Virus record (IMG/VR): IMGVR_UViG_3300028531_000001 | Location: 12,865 to 76,864 of that record | Reading direction: 5' to 3' (one strand) | Length of the DNA stretch: 64,000 bases | From: a virus | Lineage: Duplodnaviria; Caudoviricetes | In this document: positions 42,387 through 51,100 of the stretch, piece by piece | Position numbering within the stretch: position 1 is the stretch's first letter | Layout of the letters: every line of letters starts with the position of its first letter | Notes under the pieces: generated by a model | What the model was told of the DNA's origin: nothing | Databases searched by the model: none | The model's input: the letters and a program-made list of their open reading frames with translations, nothing else | Translations under genes and position numbers: made by a program

Positions 42387-42692
42387 ATGACCGGAGCCAC
42401 GAACACGATCGCGGACCAGGCCGGCGCCATGAAACTCCTCTCCGACGAGACGCGGCTGAGGACGCTGGTCTTCCTGAAGGACGGCGAGAAGAACGTGACG
42501 GAGATCTGCGGGCACCTCGGGCAGAGCCAGCCGGCGGTGAGCCACCACCTCGCCCTGCTGCGGGTGTCGGGGCTGGTGGGGTCGCGGCGTGAGGGGAAGC
42601 ACAATTATTACTCGATCCAGCGGGGCCGGTTGAAGGAGCTGACGTCGGTGATCGGGGAGATCTCGGGGCGGGCGAAGCGGAAGGGGGCGTGA
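42387..42692 (+). CDS. ArsR/SmtB-family regulator 2
   Basis: KLLSDETRLRTL..L..GEKNVTEI...LGQSQPAVSHHLALLR.SGLV..RREGK..YY. Confidence 0.92.
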   Translation: MTGATNTIADQAGAMKLLSDETRLRTLVFLKDGEKNVTEICGHLGQSQPAVSHHLALLRVSGLVGSRREGKHNYYSIQRGRLKELTSVIGEISGRAKRKGA

Positions 42693-42693
42693 C

Positions 42694-43704
42694 ATGGGAG
42701 AGGCCACCAAGATCCAGTGGGCGCACGACACGTTCAATCCCTGGCGGGGCTGCACGAAGATCAGCGACGGATGTACCCACTGTTATGCCGACACGATGGC
42801 CAAACGGAATCCCGCCGTGCTCGGCATCTGGGGCGACAACGGGACGCGGGTTTTCGCCAGCGAGGCGAAGTGGAAGGAACCGCTGAAGTGGAACAAGGAA
42901 GCTCGCATGGCGGGCGAACGGCGTCGCGTGTTCTGCGCCTCGATGGCCGACGTGTTCGAGGACTGGGATGGGCCCATGGTGAGCCACAAAGGCTTGCCTT
43001 ACTGGTGGTGCAAAGGCTCGATCTCGAACTCCCCGATCCCCTCGACCGGCCTCGGGGAGGGCTGCCGCCTGATGACCATGCGAGACGTGCGCGAGCACCT
43101 CTGTGAATTGGTCTGGGATACCCCGCACCTTGATTGGCTCCTCCTAACGAAGCGGATCGAGAACGCGGCCCGGTTGCTCTGGGAGATGGGTTTCATCAAC
43201 TCCCCGCTGACGAATTACTGGCTCGGCACCACGACCGAGAATCAGGAGCAGGCCGACAAGCGGATCCCGATCCTGCTGAAGACCCCTGCCCCGATTCGCT
43301 GGTTGTCGATGGAGCCGCTGCTTGGCCCGGTCAATCTCAACGCTCTTAACTGCGTAGGAGAACCCGGAGAAGGGGGCGAGGAAGGTTTCTACCGCGACTG
43401 CCTGAGCGGCAGAGATTGGCATCCCGAGTGGGAATGCGGCGAGTCCTGGTCTGGCCCCTTAATCAACTGGGTGATCGTCGGCGGCGAGTCCGGCCCCAAA
43501 GCTCGCCGCTGCGACCTCGGATGGATTCGCTCGATCGTCGATCAGTGCCGGGCGGCCGGGGTTCCGGTCTTCGTCAAGCAGCTCGGCACCGTCTGGGCCC
43601 GCGAGAACGGGGCCAGGGACAACCATGGCGGCGACCCGGACGAATGGCCGAGCGATCTCCGCGTCAGAGAATTCCCCCAGCCCGTCGCATCGGAGGCCAC
43701 CTGA
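42694..43704 (+). CDS. DUF5131 (phage Gp37/Gp68) family protein
   Basis: TKIQW...TFNPWRGCTKISDGCTHCYA, RVFCASMADVF, LLLTKR, WLSMEPLLGPV, WVIVGGESG..AR, VPVFVKQLG. Confidence 0.9.
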   Translation: MGEATKIQWAHDTFNPWRGCTKISDGCTHCYADTMAKRNPAVLGIWGDNGTRVFASEAKWKEPLKWNKEARMAGERRRVFCASMADVFEDWDGPMVSHKGLPYWWCKGSISNSPIPSTGLGEGCRLMTMRDVREHLCELVWDTPHLDWLLLTKRIENAARLLWEMGFINSPLTNYWLGTTTENQEQADKRIPILLKTPAPIRWLSMEPLLGPVNLNALNCVGEPGEGGEEGFYRDCLSGRDWHPEWECGESWSGPLINWVIVGGESGPKARRCDLGWIRSIVDQCRAAGVPVFVKQLGTVWARENGARDNHGGDPDEWPSDLRVREFPQPVASEAT

Positions 43705-43864
43705 CATGGGAGCCATGAAACGCATCTACACCGACCGCCTGTTGGGCATCGTGCGGACCGAGCCCAAGACGACCGAGCCGAAGCCGAAGCCGCCCCGCAA
43801 GGCGGAGCCGAGGAAGCCGGCCGGGGGCGAGACGATGATGTTCCGGTTCGGGGAGGAAGGATGA
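43705..43864 (+). CDS. Small Lys/Pro-rich protein
   Basis: MGAMKRIYTDRLL...FRFGEEG; start approximate. Confidence 0.4.
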
Positions 43865-44067
43865 GCGATCTTCCGCTATCTATCGCCGCAGTCGGGTTGA
43901 TCCAGGCTGGGTTCACCCTCGTCGGAATGCTTCACTCCGTCGCCAGCAGTTCGACACCGAAGCCGAAAGTGAGCGTTCAAATCTGGCTATCGTTCCTGTT
44001 CTGGGGCCAAGTGTTCTGGATGCTCTGGTCAATCGGCTACCTCGCATATAGGGCATTCACCGCATGA
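43861..44067 (+). CDS. Two-TM small membrane protein
   Basis: Two hydrophobic segments, GAGGAAGG RBS. Confidence 0.55.
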   Translation: MSDLPLSIAAVGLIQAGFTLVGMLHSVASSSTPKPKVSVQIWLSFLFWGQVFWMLWSIGYLAYRAFTA

Positions 44068-44498
44068 GCAAAGCCTTCGACAAGTATCGAGAGAATCCAC
44101 ACCTTCCCGAAACCTTCCGCCGGAGAGTCGAGGCTATGGCGAATGGGGTGAGTCTCGAAACGGTGTGCATCCGTCTTCACGGTGCCCTGAACTCGATGCC
44201 GGAAGACCGCTTCGAGATCATGCACGACCTGTACCGCGACCTATGCAAGCGGTTGGACCTGCCCGACGACGATATCGGGGATGTTACTCGGCCGCTCCGG
44301 ATCATCAAGCGGATCAAGCAGGAGGCGGGTGCGTATCTCGCGGAGGATCGAGGCGGCCACGTCGTGGTTGTCAGGGAGCCGTTCGGACTCGACGACGAGC
44401 CTCGCGTGAAACTGTTCAAGCACCATTGGTATCTGTGCAAACTGGACGGTGAATGGTGGATCGCCGACCCCAGCACATGCGAAGGGGACACGGACTGA
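44064..44498 (+). CDS. Hypothetical protein
   Basis: 144 aa, coupled at both ends. Confidence 0.6.
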   Translation: MSKAFDKYRENPHLPETFRRRVEAMANGVSLETVCIRLHGALNSMPEDRFEIMHDLYRDLCKRLDLPDDDIGDVTRPLRIIKRIKQEAGAYLAEDRGGHVVVVREPFGLDDEPRVKLFKHHWYLCKLDGEWWIADPSTCEGDTD

Positions 44499-45586
44499 TG
44501 ACCAAAGCATTCGAGATCTACATCAAGCCCGAAGACTTCGCCGCGATGGTCCAGCGGGGCTGGCACCTGTGGTCCGGGTTCAGCGCGGAGTACGGCTGGG
44601 ATGCCGGGCTGGGGATGCACCGGGTGAGGCTGGAGGAGTCTGGCAAGGACAGGCTCAATCTCCCGAACTGGTGGGAGGCCGAGCATGAGCAAGCGAGTGA
44701 GCGTATGCATGAGAAGTTAAACCGGAAGATAGCTGAGGAGGTGGCTCGGATCAAGAAAACGAGGCCCAAGCCCCCGGCTCCCGGCCCGCAGGGAGATACC
44801 GACTCCCCCCGCTGGCCCCAGTCGTTCGCCGATGGCATCGAATCCGTGTTCCTGGGATGGCTTGATGGGCGCGATGGCTACCAAGACCTCTACGCGTTCC
44901 GGCTATCGGAAGGCGAGTCCTGGCGAGTGCTCGTAAGGTGGGGCGAGTGGACGGGCTACACGCGATCGAAGAACGTCAGGGAGATCGACAACAAGGATGC
45001 CGATCCGTCGCTCTGGGAGGCCAAGCAGCGGGCGATTGCGAAGGGGCTGATCCCGTCCGAGACCAAGGCTGACGACGACGACGGCGAGTCCCCCCGCTGG
45101 ACGACGGGCTTCACCAGCGACAACGGCATCACATTCCTCGGCCGCTATGACACCGTGGGCGGCAAGTACGACCTCTATGCATACCGCGACCACACTCCGC
45201 TCTGCGTGCTCTTTGCGAGGTTCGGCGAGGACCGCTGCGACTTCCACGCGACGACCCCCGACCAACTGAGCGGCGACAGCCACGACGCCCTGCAAGAGGC
45301 GAGGACGCGGGCCGAGGCGAGGGGACTTCTGGGTAAGCCTAGGTGGGAGCACGATTCGGCATGCTGCACGTTCCTTGGCTGCTTCAACGGACACGACCTC
45401 TATTTCTGCGACAAGGACGAGATGGGTGGTGCGGTGCTCGCCCGTTACGGAAACGAAGGCAGCAATTACAGGTCGGCGGTGCTCTTCGCTGGCATCGAGA
45501 AGAATTTGAGTATCCCCGGGCTGGCCGAAGCCTACCGCCGCGCCGTCGCCCGAGGACTGATCGAAGCACTCACCCCAACGGAGTAA
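44498..45586 (+). CDS. Protein with three tandem copies of an ~80-aa domain
   Basis: PRW..FLG..DLY..R.G..EA..RA.A.GL repeated three times. Confidence 0.7.
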   Translation: MTKAFEIYIKPEDFAAMVQRGWHLWSGFSAEYGWDAGLGMHRVRLEESGKDRLNLPNWWEAEHEQASERMHEKLNRKIAEEVARIKKTRPKPPAPGPQGDTDSPRWPQSFADGIESVFLGWLDGRDGYQDLYAFRLSEGESWRVLVRWGEWTGYTRSKNVREIDNKDADPSLWEAKQRAIAKGLIPSETKADDDDGESPRWTTGFTSDNGITFLGRYDTVGGKYDLYAYRDHTPLCVLFARFGEDRCDFHATTPDQLSGDSHDALQEARTRAEARGLLGKPRWEHDSACCTFLGCFNGHDLYFCDKDEMGGAVLARYGNEGSNYRSAVLFAGIEKNLSIPGLAEAYRRAVARGLIEALTPTE

Positions 45587-45590
45587 GCCA

Positions 45591-45821
45591 GTGGACGAAT
45601 CCCCCATGAACTTCCTGGAAACCGTCGAGAACATCGAGCGGAAGTTCGATGCCATCGCGGCCACGCTCGTCATGATGTACGCCGGCAGTTCGGAGCTTGA
45701 GGCGAGCTTCGACATCTACTGGCAGTTCTTCGTGAAGCCCTACGTCAAGTGGGTGGAAGCCTACTCCAAACGGGCGACCGAACGCATCCTCACCCAACAC
45801 GGCCTCGCCCACCTCATCTGA
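45591..45821 (+). CDS. Hypothetical protein
   Basis: 76 aa. Confidence 0.55.
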   Translation: MDESPMNFLETVENIERKFDAIAATLVMMYAGSSELEASFDIYWQFFVKPYVKWVEAYSKRATERILTQHGLAHLI

Positions 45822-45834
45822 ACGGAGTAATCCT

Positions 45835-46047
45835 ATGCTCGTCCTGGCCCGAGCCGAGAGCGAACGCATCAAGATTGGCGACGACATCACCATCACCGTG
45901 ACGGAGATCAACTGCCGCCGGAAGGTCGTCCGGATCGGCATCGACGCGCCGGCCCACATCCGGGTGGATCGGGAGGAAGTCCGGCGGGAGATCGACCGGG
46001 TTGCCCGCGAGAACAGCGAACAGGCCCAGGGGGACGGTGCGGCCTGA
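45835..46047 (+). CDS. csrA: Carbon storage regulator CsrA/RsmA
   Basis: MLVLAR..SERIKIGDDITITV......VRIGIDAP.HI.V.REEV. Confidence 0.93.
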   Translation: MLVLARAESERIKIGDDITITVTEINCRRKVVRIGIDAPAHIRVDREEVRREIDRVARENSEQAQGDGAA

Positions 46048-46059
46048 GCGTCGGTCGTT

Positions 46060-46078
46060 GAGGTGAGGCAATGAATCA
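46060..46078 (+). promoter_or_regulatory. Dispersed motif copy GAGGTGAGGCAATGAATCA
   Basis: Intergenic, after csrA. Confidence 0.55.
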
Positions 46079-46113
46079 TTCGCAGTTCGGTGAACATTTC
46101 CAGGGGAGACAGC

Positions 46114-46431
46114 ATGAGTGACCAGCCGATCGTCGCCGACGCATGCACGGACCACGACACCACTGAGCGGGGGCGACGCAAGGACGAGGCCCTCGCCATC
46201 CTCGACGCGGCCATTGCCGTCGCATTCCACGCGGGCCTGCCCAGCCTGGCGATCGCTAACCAGATCACGCGGACTCGGGCGGCGGTGTTCGCCTCGATCG
46301 CGGGACAGTGCCCCGGCCAGAACCTCCAGTGCCTCGAAGTCGAGACCGAGCTGGCGAAGGGGTACGGCGAGGCGGTGAAGCAGGTCATCGGGCTGTGCTC
46401 GGACGTGATCTTCGAGGAGGACGGGGCGTGA
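46114..46431 (+). CDS. Hypothetical protein
   Basis: GGAG RBS, 105 aa. Confidence 0.55.
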   Translation: MSDQPIVADACTDHDTTERGRRKDEALAILDAAIAVAFHAGLPSLAIANQITRTRAAVFASIAGQCPGQNLQCLEVETELAKGYGEAVKQVIGLCSDVIFEEDGA

Positions 46432-46793
46432 TCGAGACTCTCGCCCAATGTGTCGACCGGGGCGTCCTATACCTCGACAACAAGCGGCCCGGCTGGCCCG
46501 GCCGGGTCGATCTCTCCACCCTCGACATGGGCAACGGGTGCTTCGACCTGCTCTCCCAGGTGGAGGGCGTCAACTACCGGCAGGCCCTCGTCCGGCTGGG
46601 GCTGAGCGACGGCGAGACGCGGGGCCGGGACGGGCGGCAGGCGTACCCCGACCTGGCGGGCATCCCCTATGGGTACATGGCCCACGCGTCGGAGCCGCCG
46701 CAAGAAGGGATCGAGCGGTTCGGGGTGGCCGAACTCAATGCGGCCTGGGCGGAACGGATCGGGCAACTGAGGGATGAAAGGAAGGTGGTGTGA
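46428..46793 (+). CDS. Hypothetical protein, paralogue of 31362-31721
   Basis: QCVDRGVLYLDNKRPGWPGRVDLSTL; GAGGAGG RBS, GTG start. Confidence 0.65.
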   Translation: MIETLAQCVDRGVLYLDNKRPGWPGRVDLSTLDMGNGCFDLLSQVEGVNYRQALVRLGLSDGETRGRDGRQAYPDLAGIPYGYMAHASEPPQEGIERFGVAELNAAWAERIGQLRDERKVV

Positions 46794-47008
46794 TGACGGC
46801 GTACCAGTATCTGCTTTTCGTGTTCGTCGCGGCGTGCTTCTCGGCAACATTGCTCGCTCAATGGTACGCCCTTTGGGTCGTCAGGAGGGACATCGACAAC
46901 CTCTCTTCTCGCGTGAACATGCTGGAGTTCATGAACGACATGACGCCAGAGAGCAGAGAGTCCTTCGATGCGTATCGCGAAAAGTTGAAGCAGACCTATG
47001 GAGCCTGA
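46790..47008 (+). CDS. Small membrane protein
   Basis: N-terminal TM then short coiled coil. Confidence 0.55.
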   Translation: MMTAYQYLLFVFVAACFSATLLAQWYALWVVRRDIDNLSSRVNMLEFMNDMTPESRESFDAYREKLKQTYGA

Positions 47009-47010
47009 CC

Positions 47011-47568
47011 ATGCCCGCCTACTCCCACGCCGACGCCGATACTATCGACCTGATCAACCGCACGATCGACGCCTACCATCCCGAGCTGGCGTCCCACGAG
47101 GTCATCGTCGCCGCCCAGATGTGCGAGCCCAGCGAGAAGGAAGCGGTCAAGGCCGAGAAGGAAGGCCGAGTCCCCCGCCCGCTCAAGCTCAACGGCTGGC
47201 CCTGCCACGCGACCGTCCGGAAGACCACCGTGCAGGAGCGGATCGGCGGGATGGCCGATGCCCTGATCACGCTGGACGCCCTGCACTGGCGGGAACTGGA
47301 CTTCGCGGGCCGCATCGCCCTGCTCGACCACGAACTGACGCACCTGGAGATCGTCAGGGACAAGGAGGGGTTCCCCAAGTCCGACGACGCGGGCCGGCCG
47401 GTCTTGAAGATGCGGCTGCACGACTGGCAGCTCGGCGGCTTCCGCGAGGTGGCGGCCCGGCATGGGCAGGCGGCCCCGGAGGTGGTTTCGTTCCGCGAGG
47501 TGGCGACGGCGTATAAGGATCAACTAATGTTCGCGTTCGATCGGGTGCCGCAGGAGGTGGGGGTATGA
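47011..47568 (+). CDS. Putative phage metallopeptidase
   Basis: ALLDHELTH (HExxH), LRLHD..LGGF.EV..RHG pattern. Confidence 0.75.
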   Translation: MPAYSHADADTIDLINRTIDAYHPELASHEVIVAAQMCEPSEKEAVKAEKEGRVPRPLKLNGWPCHATVRKTTVQERIGGMADALITLDALHWRELDFAGRIALLDHELTHLEIVRDKEGFPKSDDAGRPVLKMRLHDWQLGGFREVAARHGQAAPEVVSFREVATAYKDQLMFAFDRVPQEVGV

Positions 47569-47678
47569 CACCCGACCAGGCTGACGACGCACTCACGATC
47601 ATCGCCGCCCTGCTGATGTTCATCGGACTCATCATCGCAATCCATTCGATCCGGGAACGCAAGGGGACCAACGCATGA
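47565..47678 (+). CDS. 37-aa membrane peptide
   Basis: MTPDQADDALTIIAALLMFIGLIIAIHSIRERKGTNA, AGGAGG RBS. Confidence 0.5.
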   Translation: MTPDQADDALTIIAALLMFIGLIIAIHSIRERKGTNA

Positions 47679-48028
47679 CCACCGCCACCGCAGTCGAGCC
47701 CAAGATCCACCTGCACGTCGACCGCGTCGTCCGCTGGGCACTCGCCCGCATGTTCGACTCGCCCGGCAAGTTCGGCGTCGTCAACCTCTCGCCCGAGCAC
47801 GACGAGCAGTGGTCGCACGACTACGCCGCGATCGGCTTCCGCGTGATCCCGCCGGAGGGCTACCTCGACTCGCAGTCGTCGGCCTACGCCCGGCGGCGGG
47901 CGGACGGCGTCGCGGCCCACATGCTGGCGTCGTTCTATGGGATGCCGGGGTTCGCCGTGCGGCACACCGAGCGGCAGGGGCGGTACGTGGTCGAGGTGTT
48001 CCGCGTGAAGCCGAGGGAGGCCAACTGA
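47675..48028 (+). CDS. Hypothetical protein
   Basis: 117 aa, coupled to neighbours. Confidence 0.6.
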   Translation: MTTATAVEPKIHLHVDRVVRWALARMFDSPGKFGVVNLSPEHDEQWSHDYAAIGFRVIPPEGYLDSQSSAYARRRADGVAAHMLASFYGMPGFAVRHTERQGRYVVEVFRVKPREAN

Positions 48029-48855
48029 TGATTGCGAAGGCGAAGACGAACACGGAGATAGTCCGCGAAGCCTACCGGGCCCTCGCCATGGAGGTGCCGA
48101 CGTTCCGGTCCGGGGAGGTCGTCGGGCGGACGGGCCTGGAATCCCTGATCGTCACCAAGGTGCGCCAGGATCTCCTGAGGCGGGGCAAGATCGACCCCGC
48201 GATCTGGCTCCCGACGGTCGGCTCTCGCCCCAGGGCCGGGGCCGCGTCGCGTTCTCCCCAAATCCGCCGGCTGTTCGAGGCGTACGAGGCACTCGCGTCC
48301 GGCGGTAGCCGGTTCGACTCGCGGACGATCGTCGAACGGACGGGGATGGAGTTCGTCTTCGTCCAGAGGATGCGATATCGCCTCCTGAAACGCGGGAAGA
48401 TCGACCCGAGGCGATGGGTGTCCACGAAGGTCGAAAATTCCGCATCGGTCGCGTTGAAGGCCGACTGCGAACGCGTGCTCGACCACCTGGACGACGCCTG
48501 CCGCCAGCGGGAGGTCCAGGTCCACGCGTACCTGCGAGGGGTACTCGGCCTGTCGGCGACCTCCCTGAGCCGGATCAGGAAGCACATGCTCGCCACCGAC
48601 CAGATCCTCCCGTCGGACTGGCCGACGGGGCGGGACCTGAGACTGAGGCCCGAGCCCGAGCCGAAGCCATCCGAGCCGGAAGAGGTCGGTTATCGCCCGA
48701 CCCCCGACGAGATCGCCGCCGCGTGCGCCGAGATCCGGGCGGAGCACGAGGCGTCGGGGCGGAGGTCGAAGTCCATGGCGGCGACGTGGATGCCGAAGCT
48801 GGCTCGGATCTATCACGACGGGCGGAATCGGGGGCTGCGAGGAATGGCGGATTGA
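48028..48855 (+). CDS. Protein with three tandem winged-HTH-like repeats, candidate late-gene regulator
   Basis: EAY.AL...F.S..V.RTG....V...R..LL.RGKIDP..W repeated; last gene of the early operon. Confidence 0.6.
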   Translation: MIAKAKTNTEIVREAYRALAMEVPTFRSGEVVGRTGLESLIVTKVRQDLLRRGKIDPAIWLPTVGSRPRAGAASRSPQIRRLFEAYEALASGGSRFDSRTIVERTGMEFVFVQRMRYRLLKRGKIDPRRWVSTKVENSASVALKADCERVLDHLDDACRQREVQVHAYLRGVLGLSATSLSRIRKHMLATDQILPSDWPTGRDLRLRPEPEPKPSEPEEVGYRPTPDEIAAACAEIRAEHEASGRRSKSMAATWMPKLARIYHDGRNRGLRGMAD

Positions 48856-49191
48856 GACGAAAGGTTGTGCGGCGTGTAGTGGGGTGGAGGGAAAATTTAA
48901 GTTCTGGACGCTTGCGACCGACAGGTTTTGGGCGAGCGCTCAACACACCTAGGTCCACAAACCGAATATACGGTAGACCAAGGATGTTGCGAGGAGACAA
49001 CACGAATGCTAGGCGGGTCCGAAATCAGCAATGGCGGGCGATGATTCAAGGTTTCGCTCGGAAAGGCAAGGGCTGTTGGGATTTCTCGAAAAACATCCAA
49101 AGTCCCATAGAGAAACCAACGAGAGTCAGCCTATCTGTTCTATGCGGGTGGTGACGGAGCGAGTTTGGTCCTTGCACCAGGAGATCACAGT

Positions 49192-49986
49192 ATGATGGGG
49201 ATGCCGGCGAAGAAGATGCGTGGGGAGGTTGCCTTCACCTACGAAGGCGCTGACGTACTGTTTAACGACAACCGCCTCGTCTCTCTGACGGACATGTGGA
49301 AGGCGGCGGGAAAGCCCGCCACAAAGAAGGTTGCACACTGGCGTCAGATCGATGAGACCGCCGATTTCGTCGCCTCGGTTGCGGAGAAACAAAAGGTACG
49401 CCCTGGGTACCTTTTCGCCGTAACCCCAGGCCGCAACGGGGGAACCTTCGCTCACTGGCAGATTGCCCTTGCCTACGGCAAGTATCTCAGCCCCGAGTTC
49501 CACCAGCACGTCAACTCTGCCTATCGAGAGTGGTGCAGGGAGGAAGCTGACCCCGGCTTGAAGGTGGAGAGGGGGATCCAGGGCTACAAGCGGAAGGGGT
49601 ACGATCCAGCCTGGATCAAGGAGCGGGTTGAGGGGATTGACGAGCGAAACCACTTCACCCAAGTCCTGAGCAACCATAACGTCAAGAACAATGGGAAGCA
49701 TGATAACGGCTATGCGGAGGTTTCGCGGACCGTCAGCCTCGGCGCGACTGGATTCACCCCCTCGGAATTCAAGAAGCGGAATGGGTTAAAGCCTTCCGCA
49801 CGAACCCGAGACCACTACGACCGTGTTCAGCTGCATCGTGCAAAAAACATCGAATTTGAAGCAGGGCATCTGATTCAAAACACTGCCGCCGACGGGAATT
49901 CAGAGTGCGCCGAATGCTGCCGCAAGGTCGTTCGCGAGACCAAGCGATACCTTGAAGCTATCCACGGCAGCGTCGCGATCCACTGA
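49192..49986 (+). CDS. KilA-N domain protein (antirepressor-like)
   Basis: VSLTDMWKAAG.....HW.....T...GRNGGTFAHWQIALAYGKYLSPEF; start approximate. Confidence 0.85.
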   Translation: MMGMPAKKMRGEVAFTYEGADVLFNDNRLVSLTDMWKAAGKPATKKVAHWRQIDETADFVASVAEKQKVRPGYLFAVTPGRNGGTFAHWQIALAYGKYLSPEFHQHVNSAYREWCREEADPGLKVERGIQGYKRKGYDPAWIKERVEGIDERNHFTQVLSNHNVKNNGKHDNGYAEVSRTVSLGATGFTPSEFKKRNGLKPSARTRDHYDRVQLHRAKNIEFEAGHLIQNTAADGNSECAECCRKVVRETKRYLEAIHGSVAIH

Positions 49987-50223
49987 TCCACCAATACACA
50001 GCGGACAACGCCGAGGCGGACGAGTCGTTGCCGCGAGGGCCAGCCGGGGCTCATCACCCCGGCCCCGGTCCAGATCGCCGCCAGCCTGGGCGGGCTGAAT
50101 GCCTTTCCGGCCCGGCCCAGGCATAAATTTTCCCACGTCTGCTGGACATTGGTTTATCGAGGGATAGTATTCACACGGCGTGATGGCATCCACGGGAACG
50201 GACAAAGCCAAACGAGGTGCGGG

Positions 50224-50535
50224 ATGGGATCGAGCGGATTCGGCGGCACGGTTGCAAGCCTCACTAATCCGAAGGCTGAGGTCGCGCAAATCGGACGATG
50301 GACTATCAGCGATCACTCTAGCGGCGGTCTGCGAGGTATTTCCGTGTCCTTCGGCCTGCAAAGCGAGCAACTTGTACCAGGGGTAGTCGGGGAAGACTTC
50401 ATGATCACACTGGACGATGCCGGTGGCGCGCATAAAGGGGTTGGGATTCTCAAGAGCTTCCATATAAGCAGCCACGCGCCAACGTCCTATGTGGCCATGA
50501 GTCAGGGGAAATGGGATTCCCCACTTTTTGATTGA
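50224..50535 (+). CDS. Hypothetical protein (moron-like)
   Basis: Between candidate promoter TGGACA-N16-TAGTAT (about 50141-50168) and terminator 50553; frame and start uncertain. Confidence 0.4.
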   Translation: MGSSGFGGTVASLTNPKAEVAQIGRWTISDHSSGGLRGISVSFGLQSEQLVPGVVGEDFMITLDDAGGAHKGVGILKSFHISSHAPTSYVAMSQGKWDSPLFD

Positions 50536-50552
50536 CGTACGATGATCCCATC

Positions 50553-50594
50553 GAGGGCCGCCCCGGATCGAATCGGGTGCGGCCCTCTTTTCGT
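50553..50594 (+). terminator. Rho-independent terminator
   Basis: GAGGGCCGC...GCGGCCCTC followed by TTTTCGTT. Confidence 0.75.
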
Positions 50595-50605
50595 TGAGGC
50601 GTGAT

Positions 50606-51100
50606 ATGCCCCTCCACCGCATCATCTCTGGAGGCCAAACCGGCGTCGATCAAGCCGCACTCAAGGCCGCTCGGCTAGTCGGACTCCAGACCGGCGGATG
50701 GGCCCCTGCCGGTTACCTCACCGAAGACGGGCCCGCCCCCGCCCTGCTCCGCTCCTTCGGCCTGGCCGAGCACGAGTCGCCCAAGTATCCGCCCCGCACG
50801 CGGGCGAACGTCCTGGAGGCGGACGGGACGCTGATCCTGACGACCAATAAGATCAGCCGGGGGACGAAACTGACGGTGGACGAGGCCATGCGGTCGGGCA
50901 AGCCGTGGAAACTGGCGATCGAGGGCGAGAACGACGTGACGCCCCGGGACGTGGCCGAGTGGATTGCGGCGAATGGGATCGGGTGTTTGAATGTGGGCGG
51001 GCCTCGGGATTCGTCGGCACCGGGGTTCGGGGAGAAGGCGGAGCGGTTTTTGGAGCGGGTGTTTCGGCTGGCGGTGGGTGACGGGGAGGCGACGGGATGA
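50606..51100 (+). CDS. SLOG-superfamily protein (putative molybdenum-carrier / YpsA-like family)
   Basis: RIISGGQTGVDQAAL.AA...G..TGGWAP, RTRANV.EADGTLI, LNVGGPRDS. Confidence 0.85.
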   Translation: MPLHRIISGGQTGVDQAALKAARLVGLQTGGWAPAGYLTEDGPAPALLRSFGLAEHESPKYPPRTRANVLEADGTLILTTNKISRGTKLTVDEAMRSGKPWKLAIEGENDVTPRDVAEWIAANGIGCLNVGGPRDSSAPGFGEKAERFLERVFRLAVGDGEATG

